Of a stretch of 64,000 nt of DNA, positions 1 through 10,176 are shown piece by piece. The stretch covers positions 65,286,001 to 65,350,000 of the forward strand of contig OZ286466.1 in assembly GCA_965644265.1 (NCBI GenBank). The letters run 5' to 3'. The position numbers were made by a program, and so were the translations under genes. The stretch is from Glycera tridactyla. Its lineage: Eukaryota. How positions within the stretch are numbered: position 1 is the first letter of the stretch; each line of letters opens with the position of its first letter. The notes under the pieces were generated by a model. It was not told the origin of the DNA and did no database searches. It saw only the letters and a program-made list of their open reading frames with translations.

Positions 1-1189
1 TGTTCGCCACCAAGGTGTGACCTCATCACAGAGTTTATCAGATACTCTCAATATATTTTACTGTTCGCCACCAAGGTGTGATCTCATCACTGAGTTTATC
101 AGATACTCTCAATATATTTTACTGTTCGCCACCAAGGTTTGATCTCATCACTGAGTTTATCAGATACTCTCGATATATTTCACTGTTCGCCACCAAGGTG
201 TGATCTCATCACTGAGTTTATCAGATACTCTCAATATATTTTACTGTTCGCCACCAAGGTGTAATCTCATCACTGAGTTTATCAGATACTCTCAATATAT
301 TTTACTGTTCGCCACCAAGGTGTAATCTCATCACTGAGTTTATCAGATACTCTCAATATATTTTACTGTTCGCCACCAAGGTGTAATCTCATCACTGAGT
401 TTATCAGATACTCTCAATACATTTTACTGTTCGCCACCAAGGTGTAATCTCATCACTGAGTTTATCAGATACTCTCAATATATTTTACTGTTCGCCACCA
501 AGGTGTAATCTCATCACTGAGTTTATCAGATACTCTCAATATATTTTACTGTTCGCCACCAAGGTGTAATCTCATCACTGAGTTTATCAGATACTCTCAA
601 TATATTTTACTGTTCGCCACCAAGGTGTGATCTCATCACTGAGTTTATCAGATACTCTCAATATATTTTACTGTTCGCCACCAAGGTGTGATCTCATCAC
701 TGAGTTTATCAGATACTCTCAATATATTTCACTGTTTGCCACCAAGGTGTGATCTCATCACTGAGTTTATCAGATACTCTCAATATATTTTACTGTTCGC
801 CACCAAGGTGTAATCTCATCACTGAGTTTATCAGATACTCTCAATATATTTTACTGTTCGCCACCAAGGTGTAATCTCATCACTGAGTTTATCAGATACT
901 CTCAATATATTTTACTGTTCGCCACCAAGGTGTAATCTCATCACTGAGTTTATCAGATACTCTCAATATATTTTACTGTTCGCCACCAAGGTGTAATCTC
1001 ATCACTGAGTTTATCAGATACTCTCAATATATTTTACTGTTCGCCACCAAGGTGTGATCTCATCACTGAGTTTATCAGATACTCTCAATATATTTTACTG
1101 TTCGCCACCAAGGTGTAATCTCATCACTGAGTTTATCAGATACTCTCAATATATTTTACTGTTCGCCACCAAGGTGTGATCTCATCACT
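1..1189. repeat. 61-bp minisatellite, about 19.5 near-identical copies, cut by the window start
   Basis: Unit TGTTCGCCACCAAGGTGT(G/A)ATCTCATCACTGAGTTTATCAGATACTCTCAATATATTTTAC recurs at 1, 62, 123 ... 1160 (=1+19x61), followed by a 30-bp partial copy. Confidence 0.98.
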
Positions 1190-2518
1190 CATATGAGAGC
1201 GAACTTTTCGTGTTCACGATTTCATCACCCTGGTGAGTCGATCTTGCCTTGGTCTTTCTGTCAACTGAGAGAATCTATCTTCGAACGATGAAATAGTCCG
1301 GTTACATGTTAGGTTGTTCTCTCTTAAACAACAATGAAACACGCGAGATCATACCATCTGGAGGAAAACTGACAACAATGGAGATGGGAGAACAATTAGC
1401 TTGAGCTGTCACTGCTATGTCTGGAACCATTTATCCTGCTCAGACATCAACCATTGACGACATTACATATTCATTGCATTCCCCGCTGCCGGAAATACCA
1501 GGGTAAGAACTTCCGCTTTTCACAATTCCGACCACGAGCATCAATAAACAATACCTTTTGTTCGATTGAATGGGACTGTTAATGGTCATATATGAATTGT
1601 GCATACGTAATGCTTCTGCAGTTGTTGATACGTTTCACTGGGCGTGTATGTCACATTCTTTGCGAGTTTCATGAATGTGCGTCTTCTGATGAGCATGGGT
1701 CTCGAATCATTCCACCCATGTCCATATCATGGGCGTCTCCCAGGAGTTGGTGTCAGTACAAATCTAATTGAGCCACCAAACAAAGTACCAACTACGATCC
1801 TCCCTTCTCGAAAGATGTATTTGAGTAGCATGAACTTTCGATTTACTTGCAAAAGGTCAGTATTCATGTAGTGCCTACAATAAGAAGTGTAAAGGTCGAA
1901 TTATTATTCATGGATAAATGTTTTATTGCCGCAGTGTAGAGTGTGACTTTTGAAGTCAAATAAATCTCCTATGTAAAGAAACAATTTCAAATGATAGATC
2001 GTTCGTTCCTTAAGAAAGCAAATCTAGAACGAATTAATTCAAAGTCAAATCTAGTTTTGGTCTCGTTGCCTATTCTCAGAAATCATCTTCATTTCACCCA
2101 TTCTTCCTCTCACATCATCACTATCAACTCTACCACAAATCTTTCAATGATCCATGCATTACACTCCATCTTGTAACCATCCTGCTCTTCTAACTGTCTG
2201 TTTTTTTTTGTTTCTGGAAAAGCTCGTATTATGAATCGCCACTTCATCCAGAAGAATCGATTCTGATCGCATCCTATCTGTCTCATCTGACGTATTCGAG
2301 GATCGTCATTCGTTCAGAGCATTCAAACCTCTGTATGTAAACCCATCTCAATTCAATTCAATTCAATGCAATAAACTTCATTTACTCTCGTAAGTAACAT
2401 ACTTATGTACAACGTGCAATCATCCTAATGGATTCATACAGCACACACGAGAACGAAGCAATAGTAATAAACATGATACAAATACAATCTATTTATAAAC
2501 TCGTTCAGGTTCGATATC

Positions 2519-2552
2519 TCACTCACTCACTCACTCACTCACTCATTCACCT
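2519..2552. repeat. (CACT)n microsatellite
   Basis: Direct reading of the sequence. Confidence 0.85.
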
Positions 2553-4130
2553 ACTCACTCGATCATATTTCTCAAATGATGAACATTTATACACTTACAC
2601 ACACATTCATATTCCTAATAAATAAACTCATTTTCACACATTTATTCTTCGAGAATTCAGATAATTCATTAATGATTTGTGAAATGATGTATATGTTAAC
2701 ATGTTATAACTTACTATATGTTGGAAGAAATGGTGGTGGGAGATGCTCATTTGATGAGCACTTTCAGGGGGACCAGGGAACATGGTCCCAAAGCGTGATT
2801 ATACTGACCGAAGCGTTCAACTGTAATTGGGAAGTTGGGGTGGGGGATGGGGGACGGGATGGAGTCTGTTTCATACTTATGCCTCACGATACATCTATGA
2901 ATGTAGTTCCAAAAACAACAGCGACAACTAAAGAATACATCCAATACGCATACAATGCAGATTCTTGTGCCATATCTCGAGATTAAAGTATAACTGCATG
3001 GTACATTGAGTCATCACCATCATCACGCCCAGTACATATGCACCAACCAGAAGATTGTTCTCTTTGAGGAATGACAGGTGTACGTTCAGACATTCAACTT
3101 ATCTAAACCATGATAAATGGTGAGCACAACCTTTGATGCTTTGCAAAATGTTTGTTCTTATCAGCGCTTATTCTACAGAACCCACAATATTTTTTCTCGG
3201 AAAAGTGTTCAATACATCTAACTGATCAGGTTTTTAAGATCCCAAGGCGATTGTCTTCAGTGTACTGTATACAAAGAAATGGGCTAAATTTCCCCTGCCG
3301 CTTCACTGGCAGTAAATAGGATAAATAGATAGACTTGACGACGTTGTTTGAGTTCATCAACAGAAGACAAAAACACTCCACAAATACTAGCGATGATCCT
3401 ACATCTTGTAGCTATTCCCTTTGCCAAAACATAAACAAGTGATTCGAAACCATGTGAAGATATCATATCATATACCGGAAATCCTTACATCATGTCAAGA
3501 TCCGAAACTGAAAGAGTTATGTTCACACATGATACAAATTGCTTGTGTAATTATTGGGTAATGGTACGCTAAAATAATTGTCTGATCTTTAATGTACATC
3601 CGTCACGAGTTGTTGATGAGTTCCTACGGCTGCATATATTCACAGCATACCAACTCAAACTTTGTCTCATTCGCTCACTGCTTATTGCTTCATCTCTACA
3701 TTGCAGTTCTGCTCTCAAATCACAGCATCTGACCTAACTGACAGATCTGCAGCAGGACAGATTCTGTGGGAGGTAGAAACAAGAGGCACATGCTCGTCGA
3801 GAGACTGCGTGCAAGTACCACGGCATACCATTATCGATAACATGGTAGAATGAGGGACATCGGTAGTTTGTTGAGTCAGTGATAGCCCACTTGGTTCGGC
3901 AACAGGTTTGGTGGTGATTCCATACCCAGGTACTCAAGTGAACCACGTACATGATAAGGAGCATCAACCCTACATCCTGGTTACTTGTCTCTACTTGAAT
4001 ATTCAGAAGTTTCACGAAGTGGTGTTCGTAGAATCGACTGCATGATCTTCGCACGATGGTAATCGTGGTGACCTGACAGCTACGGACACCTAGGCGGATA
4101 ATCACTTGAACAGAATCACAGAACAAAATT

Positions 4131-4149
4131 ACTGACCTTTTGTCTACAG
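4131..4149 (+). other. Probable 3' splice acceptor of a 5'-UTR intron of GPCR paralogue 1
   Basis: ACTGAC branch-like motif, then CTTTTGTCTACAG|G, 98 nt upstream of the ATG at 4248. Confidence 0.5.
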
Positions 4150-4247
4150 GACTGATTACAGGAGGCGGTCGTTCAAATAACCAGGTCAGAACTAACCTTC
4201 TTCACGATACATAACTTGGAAAGGCGACTAGTGATTAGAAAATAACT

Positions 4248-4934
4248 ATGACAGGGAGTTGTCAGCTATATGAGTTTGTATTGTACACAATTTTTCTGAG
4301 TGTATTGGTCATCACAGGCTTCTTGGGCAACATAATGGCATTCCTTACATTTCTAATGTATAGGAGTAAAACTTCAATGACACTATTATTTCAAGCACTC
4401 TCTGTGAGTGATACTTTACTGTTAGCATGTGTGGTGCCCTTGTACTGCATCCATCCAGTTGTACTTTATTTGGGGAAACTTGTGAATTACATCAACATAC
4501 TTCAATATGTTTATGTCTATGTTCTGCCATGGGCATTCATCATGCAGACAGCAACAATTTGGATCACTGTTCTACTGGCTATATGTCGGTACATTGCTGT
4601 CTGCAGACCTCTTCATGCTGCAAGACTCTGCACTGTCAAGCAAGCCAGGAAGCAACTTCTCGTCGTTCTAGTCTTAGTTTTCCTCTACAATGCAAATCGA
4701 TTTGCTGAGGGCTATGTGGACAAGGTCGACACTGGCAATGGGACATATGTACCAGTGGCTACCTACTACCTGTGGGCAGAAAATGAATTGTATCTGGTAC
4801 TATACAATAACGTGGCCTACATGGCATTTCTTCTTGTATTGCCTCTCCTGATTTTGATCATCATCAACTCAAGACTGATTGTCACACTACGGAAGGCAGT
4901 AGCTTCACGTTCTGAGATGACAACTTCCAAACAG
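4248..4934 (+). CDS. Class A GPCR paralogue 1 (FMRFamide/sex-peptide-receptor-like), coding exon 1, TM1-TM5 and ICL3
   Basis: Five hydrophobic helices. Motifs: TM1 GN, TM2 LSVSD, TM3 QTATIWITVLLAICRY then CRPL, YNANRF, TM5 LP. Ends ...TCC AAA CAG|GTATAT, a phase-0 donor. Confidence 0.93.
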
Positions 4935-5224
4935 GTATATACTTCTTCTCTTTCTCCTATCTAATCATATTTCATTTCGCCGTCAAATCACTACAATCAG
5001 ATCAATATAGAAATACGATATGTATTCAGTGACAATCATGTTATATCCAACGCCAGGGTATGTACCTTTATCATTATCTTAGATCACTAGTGTTGCCGAC
5101 AGGTTGTGCTGCATCGCTACTCACGGAGCCATCTCCGCAAGTTTATAGTTGGCGAGATTTTTACTGGTATATCATCTGTCATTTGATCAACTTATGAATA
5201 TTCGGTCTCAAATTCTTGACCGAG

Positions 5225-5229
<5 letters not shown>

Positions 5230-5298
<69 letters not shown>
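5230..5298. repeat. (CT)n microsatellite inside the intron
   Basis: About 34 CT units. Confidence 0.97.
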
Positions 5299-5299
<1 letters not shown>

Positions 5300-5362
5300 A
5301 TGATGGGGGTATAAATGTATAAGATTGATTGCAATACCTACCATTTGAAATGGACATGATCT

Positions 5363-5680
5363 TATTTCATAACATAACATAACATAAGATATCTCCGTGA
5401 GATACTTCGGAGCCCCTGCTCAATGCGGGCCCACAAGACTCGGCGTATCTGACCGCTGTATCAGTAGGTGTTCGGATATAGATATGCAAACTCGACCATG
5501 TAAAAAAATGAAGTGTTGAGGTTTTAGATCCACTTTCTGCACTTGAGTGGGCTAAATCGGACCACCTGCCAAGGAGGAGCGAAGATGAAGGGTGAAACGT
5601 TCCTGCATGGTAGGACCAGGGATTGAACCCCAGACCCATTGCACGCCGGCTCAGCACGCTACCACTGAGCCACCAAGATT
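5363..5680 (-). mobile_element. tRNA-derived SINE, about 315 bp, inserted antisense in the GPCR intron
   Basis: Minus strand begins with A-box TGGCTCAGTGG and B-box GGTTCAATCC (5608-5677) and ends in a (TTATG)n tail (5366-5388). Flanked by GACATGATCT (5353-5362) and GACATGCTCT (5681-5690), a 9/10 match consistent with a target-site duplication. Confidence 0.8.
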
Positions 5681-5947
5681 GACATGCTCTGGGCTGTTGG
5701 TAATGTTAACTCATCCGCGTTTGTTTTGTTTGGAATAGCATAGGTGAAGTGTTAACGATTTATTCATCTGAGAGTACGAGTGCCTGTTCTGTGAATCCTG
5801 ATACTGTCTAATGCCGATAGATTAATGTATCATGTATGCATGATTGTATATATGACTGTGTTTGTGCGCGCGTGTGTGAGTGTGTGATACATACTGGATC
5901 ACCAGATACTGTTTATTTTCATTCACAACCTTTGCATTTAATTGCAG

Positions 5948-6328
5948 GCGAATGAGAATAGCATCACCTTGGTATCAGTGATTATTGTCAGCATATTCAT
6001 CATCTGTCAAACACCAGCTTTCATCAATCAGATATTGTGGAATGTTCTGCCCGACTCAGCCAGAGCTTGTGGAGGGTCACAGTTCTATTACTCCCGTATC
6101 TGCAACGTACTGGTGATCTTCAACTCAGCAGGGAACTTTTTCATATACTTCATCTTCAACAGGCAGTTTCGTCAAGTGTTCTGTGCGAAGATTTGTGGAT
6201 GTGGAAAAGGTTCGAATGATACAGAGGAAGGGGTCACTCGATCTACATCTCTATCAGTCACCCAGTCAAGTCTGGCTAGTGCAACACAGGAAACTGTCAG
6301 TGATATACCCAGTGGCCATCCAGCTTGA
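5948..6328 (+). CDS. Class A GPCR paralogue 1, coding exon 2, TM6-TM7, helix 8 and C-tail
   Basis: TM6 FIICQTP, TM7 NSAGNFFIY, helix 8 NRQFR, Ser/Thr-rich tail, stop TGA at 6326-6328. Confidence 0.93.
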   Translation, partial: ANENSITLVSVIIVSIFIICQTPAFINQILWNVLPDSARACGGSQFYYSRICNVLVIFNSAGNFFIYFIFNRQFRQVFCAKICGCGKGSNDTEEGVTRSTSLSVTQSSLASATQETVSDIPSGHPA

Positions 6329-6556
6329 GTATGCCACCAGTATTCACATAACACGTCTTTTGAAACATTCCAAAAGATATTCACCCGTCCGATATTTCTT
6401 GTATGAGAAATGTATCGATGATAACAAGGTATCAGAAGACACAAGAATGCTATGTCAGAACAACATGTTCTTTATTATTGGATAAAATAAGTTGGCAGTT
6501 CCCATGCGAGAATGCAGTAGCCTAGATGAGTTTGTATTCATTGATGTATATTACCT

Positions 6557-6925
6557 GAGTTCATTGCCGTGTCATTGGATGCGCTTCAAAGAAGGGAGAT
6601 TTGGCTAATAGATGTAAGATTAGGCTCTCGAGTTCATTGCAGTGTCATCGGAAGAGCTCCAAAGATGGAAGATTCGGCTAATAGATGTGAGATTTGGCTC
6701 TCGAGTTCATTGCTGTGTCATCGGAAGAGCTTCAAAGATGGAAAAAGATTCGGCTAATAGATGTAAGAATAGGCTCTCAAGTTCATTGCAGTGTCATCGG
6801 GAGAGCTCCAAAGATGGAAGATTCGGCTAATAGATGTACGATTAGGCTCTCGAGTTCATTGCAGTGTCATCGGAAGAGCTCCAAAGATGGAGGATTCGGC
6901 TGATAGATGTAAGAATAGGCTCTCG
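6557..6925. repeat. 73-bp minisatellite, about 5 copies, 230 nt downstream of the GPCR1 stop
   Basis: GAGTTCATTGCAGTGTCATCGGAAGAGCTCCAAAGATGGAAGATTCGGCTAATAGATGTAAGATTAGGCTCTC starts at 6557, 6630, 6703, 6779 and 6852. Confidence 0.95.
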
Positions 6926-7477
6926 GATCCAAGACAGTTCTCCAGTCTTTTGTCACTGCTCGAAAGGGGCAATGCCTCCACATAACTGCAGATAGAATGA
7001 CCCAGGCTTAAAAGGGGATCGTTTCAAAACGTGGTCATCATAATGCAGCGTATGTTGATACCTGCCGTTCGCATCCACACATTCACCAATTGTATTTCTA
7101 ATCGAAGCAGATCCTAATTTTCCGTTGTTGTTGTTTTCGTTGTTGTATTCATCCTTCGATTAGGTTTAATGACCAGTGGTATGTGATGAACTATCTACCG
7201 AGTGCGTATTCCTGATTTTCAGTCATGGTAATCTTCCTACAAGATTTCAGTCACCTCGGTCAGAAATACTCACGTGATTTGACCTTTTCTTCACCGTGAA
7301 AAAAGGATATTACACAAAGGCTTTATCGTGAATCATTCAGGCATTGACTCCTGTTCATAAGAATCTCTGCCCCTTACGGGGAGGTTGTATAGCTTGCATT
7401 TGAGAATGTGTGCTTTAACCTATATTGCCTTTTTCACAATATTATGTGTAGCAGTTTTTTGGTGTGAAATCAATATA

Positions 7478-7619
7478 CAGTTAAACCTGTCTATAAAGAC
7501 CGCCTTCGGTTGGATCAAAAAGCGGTCTTTACGGGCAGGTGGTCTTTATAGAGAGGTCATTCACTGTTCATATAGAGGTGGTCTTCATAGAGAGGTGGTC
7601 ATGAGAGCAGGTTCGACTG
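7478..7619. mobile_element. Tc1/mariner-type MITE, copy 1 (internally deleted)
   Basis: TA|CAGTTAAACC ... GGTTCGACTG|TA termini, with internal GGTGGTCTTTATAGAGAG subrepeats shared with the copies at 12717 and 39473. Confidence 0.82.
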
Positions 7620-7629
7620 TATGTTCATT

Positions 7630-8810
7630 GAAGATGCTCCTGCCTGGACCAGCAGGTATGGACCAGAAAGGATACCCATATTTCAATACTTGCTCTTAAA
7701 TGATAATCACAAAACAAGATAAAGACTAATATTCTACATGTCCTGACTACGGTAGGTCATCAACATATGTCATCCTTAGCAGATGAGGCTTCTGGTGAAG
7801 CAATCGACTCATCAGTGATGTCATAAAGTCGGCCTATTCATATAACTGGTGAATTAGTCTGAAAAACTTTATTTCACTTGATTACATCATGATATAGCAC
7901 CCGGATACTCCAACAACTCCGCACCGAATACCCTCAAGATATCTCTCCCACCAGATGTCGTCTGTGAAGCGTATTTGGCTTCGTATCTGAAATTGTTCAT
8001 AATTCGTCGGCATGATGTCACATTAAATTTTTTCGATGGAGACTTTGGTTTCAGGTATATCTATAGTTTTATGAATATATTTCCTGTGGATTGTGAATGA
8101 TTCGAGCCTATATGCAGTGAGCAAGGTAAACATCGAGTGAGAGCAGGGATGCACATAGCCTGAGAGAAGTCCGAATATCGGAGGTGATCATTGTCTGGGC
8201 CAGCTTCACTAAGCCTATATGCAGTGAGCAAGGTAAACATCGAGTGAGAGCAAGGATGCACATAGCCTGAGAGAAGTCCGAATATTGGAGGTGATCATTG
8301 TCTGGGCCAGTTTTACTAAGGAATAACAGTCAGCGTAGGGTTATATATGACTGGATATATTACATGTGTACTGATCGATCCTCCAGGAATAATATACTGT
8401 CGACATCGGTCATATCATTCTACGATATGCCCGAGGACAAAAAAGGTGGGATGTGGCAGCCTGCAGTACCTTGGTCCATACCAGATTCCCAGAAGTCCTT
8501 AAGTCTGTCAAGTTCAATCGTCGGGTAACTTTCACGGCTCAGCATCGGATTGAGATGAGACTCAGTGACAGGCTTCATGACATCTCCGGTGACTAAGATG
8601 TAATCTTGGCGAGGTTCCCTTGTATATTTCTGCCCAAGAACGCCAAATATGTCGATTTCACGCTGATATTGTGGCAAGTGCAGCGGCCGTATCTCCACTT
8701 TTTCACATACAAATAATCGCCGATATCGCCGGAGGATTCGCTGGAAAATGCGATGCAATGATAGCGTATCTTCTTCAAAAGCAGGCAGATCACCCGAAAT
8801 CAGGCTCAAT
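7630..8810 (-). mobile_element. Highly degenerate retrotransposon pol remnant, possibly BEL/Pao
   Basis: Minus strand gives LLRMTYVDDLP*SG (YVDD-type RT motif near 7750-7785) and, upstream, EIDIFGVLGQ...LVTGDV...LDRLKDFWE, loosely like the BEL/Pao protease-to-RT linker. Many stops and frameshifts. Confidence 0.35.
8105..8319. repeat. 107-bp tandem duplication, 2 copies
   Basis: AGCCTATATGCAGTGAGCAAGGTAAACATCG... starts at 8105 and 8212, with few mismatches. Confidence 0.95.
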
Positions 8811-9980
8811 GGTCGCCGGGAGATCTAAACGTTCATTTGTCTCAGTAAAGCCTAAATCGGACGAGAAGTGGCGAATTCAGCGTCTGGAAAGTACCCGCCA
8901 CATTAGGATTTGACAGAATTTACCATTTTATTCTAGTTCATGATTATCTCCGTCTTGAGAGTGTGAATTCACCGAATTGTGTCAACGACTCATAGCGTTC
9001 AACCAACCATCAGGATTGTCATAATAAACGGTCCCCTGTGCATCCGCAATTCTAGGTCGCGCCAACAACATCACAGGTGAAGCAGAAATGTAAATAAGCC
9101 CACACACGAGAATGACAGGAGCCTGGACTGTCTGCCCTATATTTTCTCCGAAGCAGGCAATATGAGAAAAGATCATATTTCATCGACTCTCACTAGGTAG
9201 AGGACACTTGATGTCGGACGGAACCAGATATGAATCTTGTTGTTTGATGTGGTGGTTTATAGTTTGATGTGCTCATCAAGTTCGACCGACTTTTCATTTA
9301 AATTCTTTTTCAATATTGAGCCTCTGTTATCTCCATAAAGTGTATCCGACATCCACAACATAAATAACTACAGGAATTCCGTACTCTACATACACATCTG
9401 GATGGAGTACAGTGGTTAGGTACAGATGCTTCACATAGTTATCTCCATTTTTGTTATTTCAAAAAAAACTTCACTTCAACATGAAGAGCTGCCTCAATGA
9501 GAGGCGTAGATGACACAGGTGTTCGAGATAGAGCAGGTCAAGTCTCGAATAGTGAACACTGTCTATTGCAGCCACCCAACTGCCCAAATTCTACTCACAA
9601 TTTTTAACAATGTCGTTTAATTGAGGTTCACTGTGCGTGTACCTTCATAACTCATGCAAATATAGTTACGATGCATACGATGATAATAATTACATGTGAA
9701 TTAGACGTTGAAAATGTTTGCAATAATTGCTATACGAGAGGAGATGGCTGCCCAGTAAAATGAGTCGTGTTTGTGGTGCTGTTGAGCATTGAAAGGTGTG
9801 CAAATCTCACTTCACATGCATTCTTGGTTTGTTTTTAACCCAGACAAATTATGTGAGGATTTTCTTTTCCAGACAAACTTTGACTGTGCTGAAATAGTGC
9901 TCTTATGGCGTGTATGATCACAGAACCTACTATCACCAAGTGAACTGGCACAACCTACTTCTTCTTCAGGCAGTCAGATT

Positions 9981-10176
9981 GGGTAGAGGTGTGTTTGAAC
10001 TGTCAGCTACTCCCACTTGACAACCCTTCAGGTTCCCAATCAACTTGTGTTCAGGGTTTGTGAATGTGATGTCTGCAGAGGAGAGAACATCTAGCTTTCA
10101 GTAACCAGGAACACACGGCATAAATAATCCTGTGGGTTGATACATGCTGTTAAACCTCGAACAAACAAAACAAAAA
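9981..10176 (+). mobile_element. SINE-like / LINE-tail repeat family A, copy 1
   Basis: Shared body ...TGTGTTCAGGGTTTGTGA...GAGAACATCTAGCTTTC...GATACATGCYGTTAAACCTC followed by an (AAAC)n tail; five copies in the window. Confidence 0.75.

Larger units (their letters stand above)
4935..5947 (+). other. Phase-0 GT-AG intron in ICL3 of GPCR paralogue 1 (1013 nt)
   Basis: GTATAT ... TTTGCATTTAATTGCAG|GCG joins SKQ to ANE in frame; same position as the intron in paralogue 2. Confidence 0.88.

Noticed and set aside
1-1189. CRISPR-like array
   Set aside because: Units are contiguous and near-identical with no unique spacers, there are no cas genes, and the context is eukaryotic. The same applies to 6557-6925 and 27886-29752.
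1190-2100. Possible Helitron or viral ORF remnant next to the 61-bp array
   Set aside because: The frames I translated are broken by stops and show no recognisable Rep, helicase or capsid motif.
4427-4708. 93-aa Cys/His-rich ORF
   Set aside because: An alternative frame overlapping GPCR1 exon 1; 6037-6219, 6172-6444, 6183-6485, 16287-16493 and 17574-17867 are likewise shadows of the GPCR exons.
5608-5677. tRNA gene
   Set aside because: A and B boxes are present but the cloverleaf is poor, and it continues into a SINE body with a simple-repeat tail and TSD.
6569-6985. Four similar 62-69 aa ORFs suggesting a repeat protein
   Set aside because: Products of the 73-bp unit (not a multiple of 3), starting at non-ATG codons.
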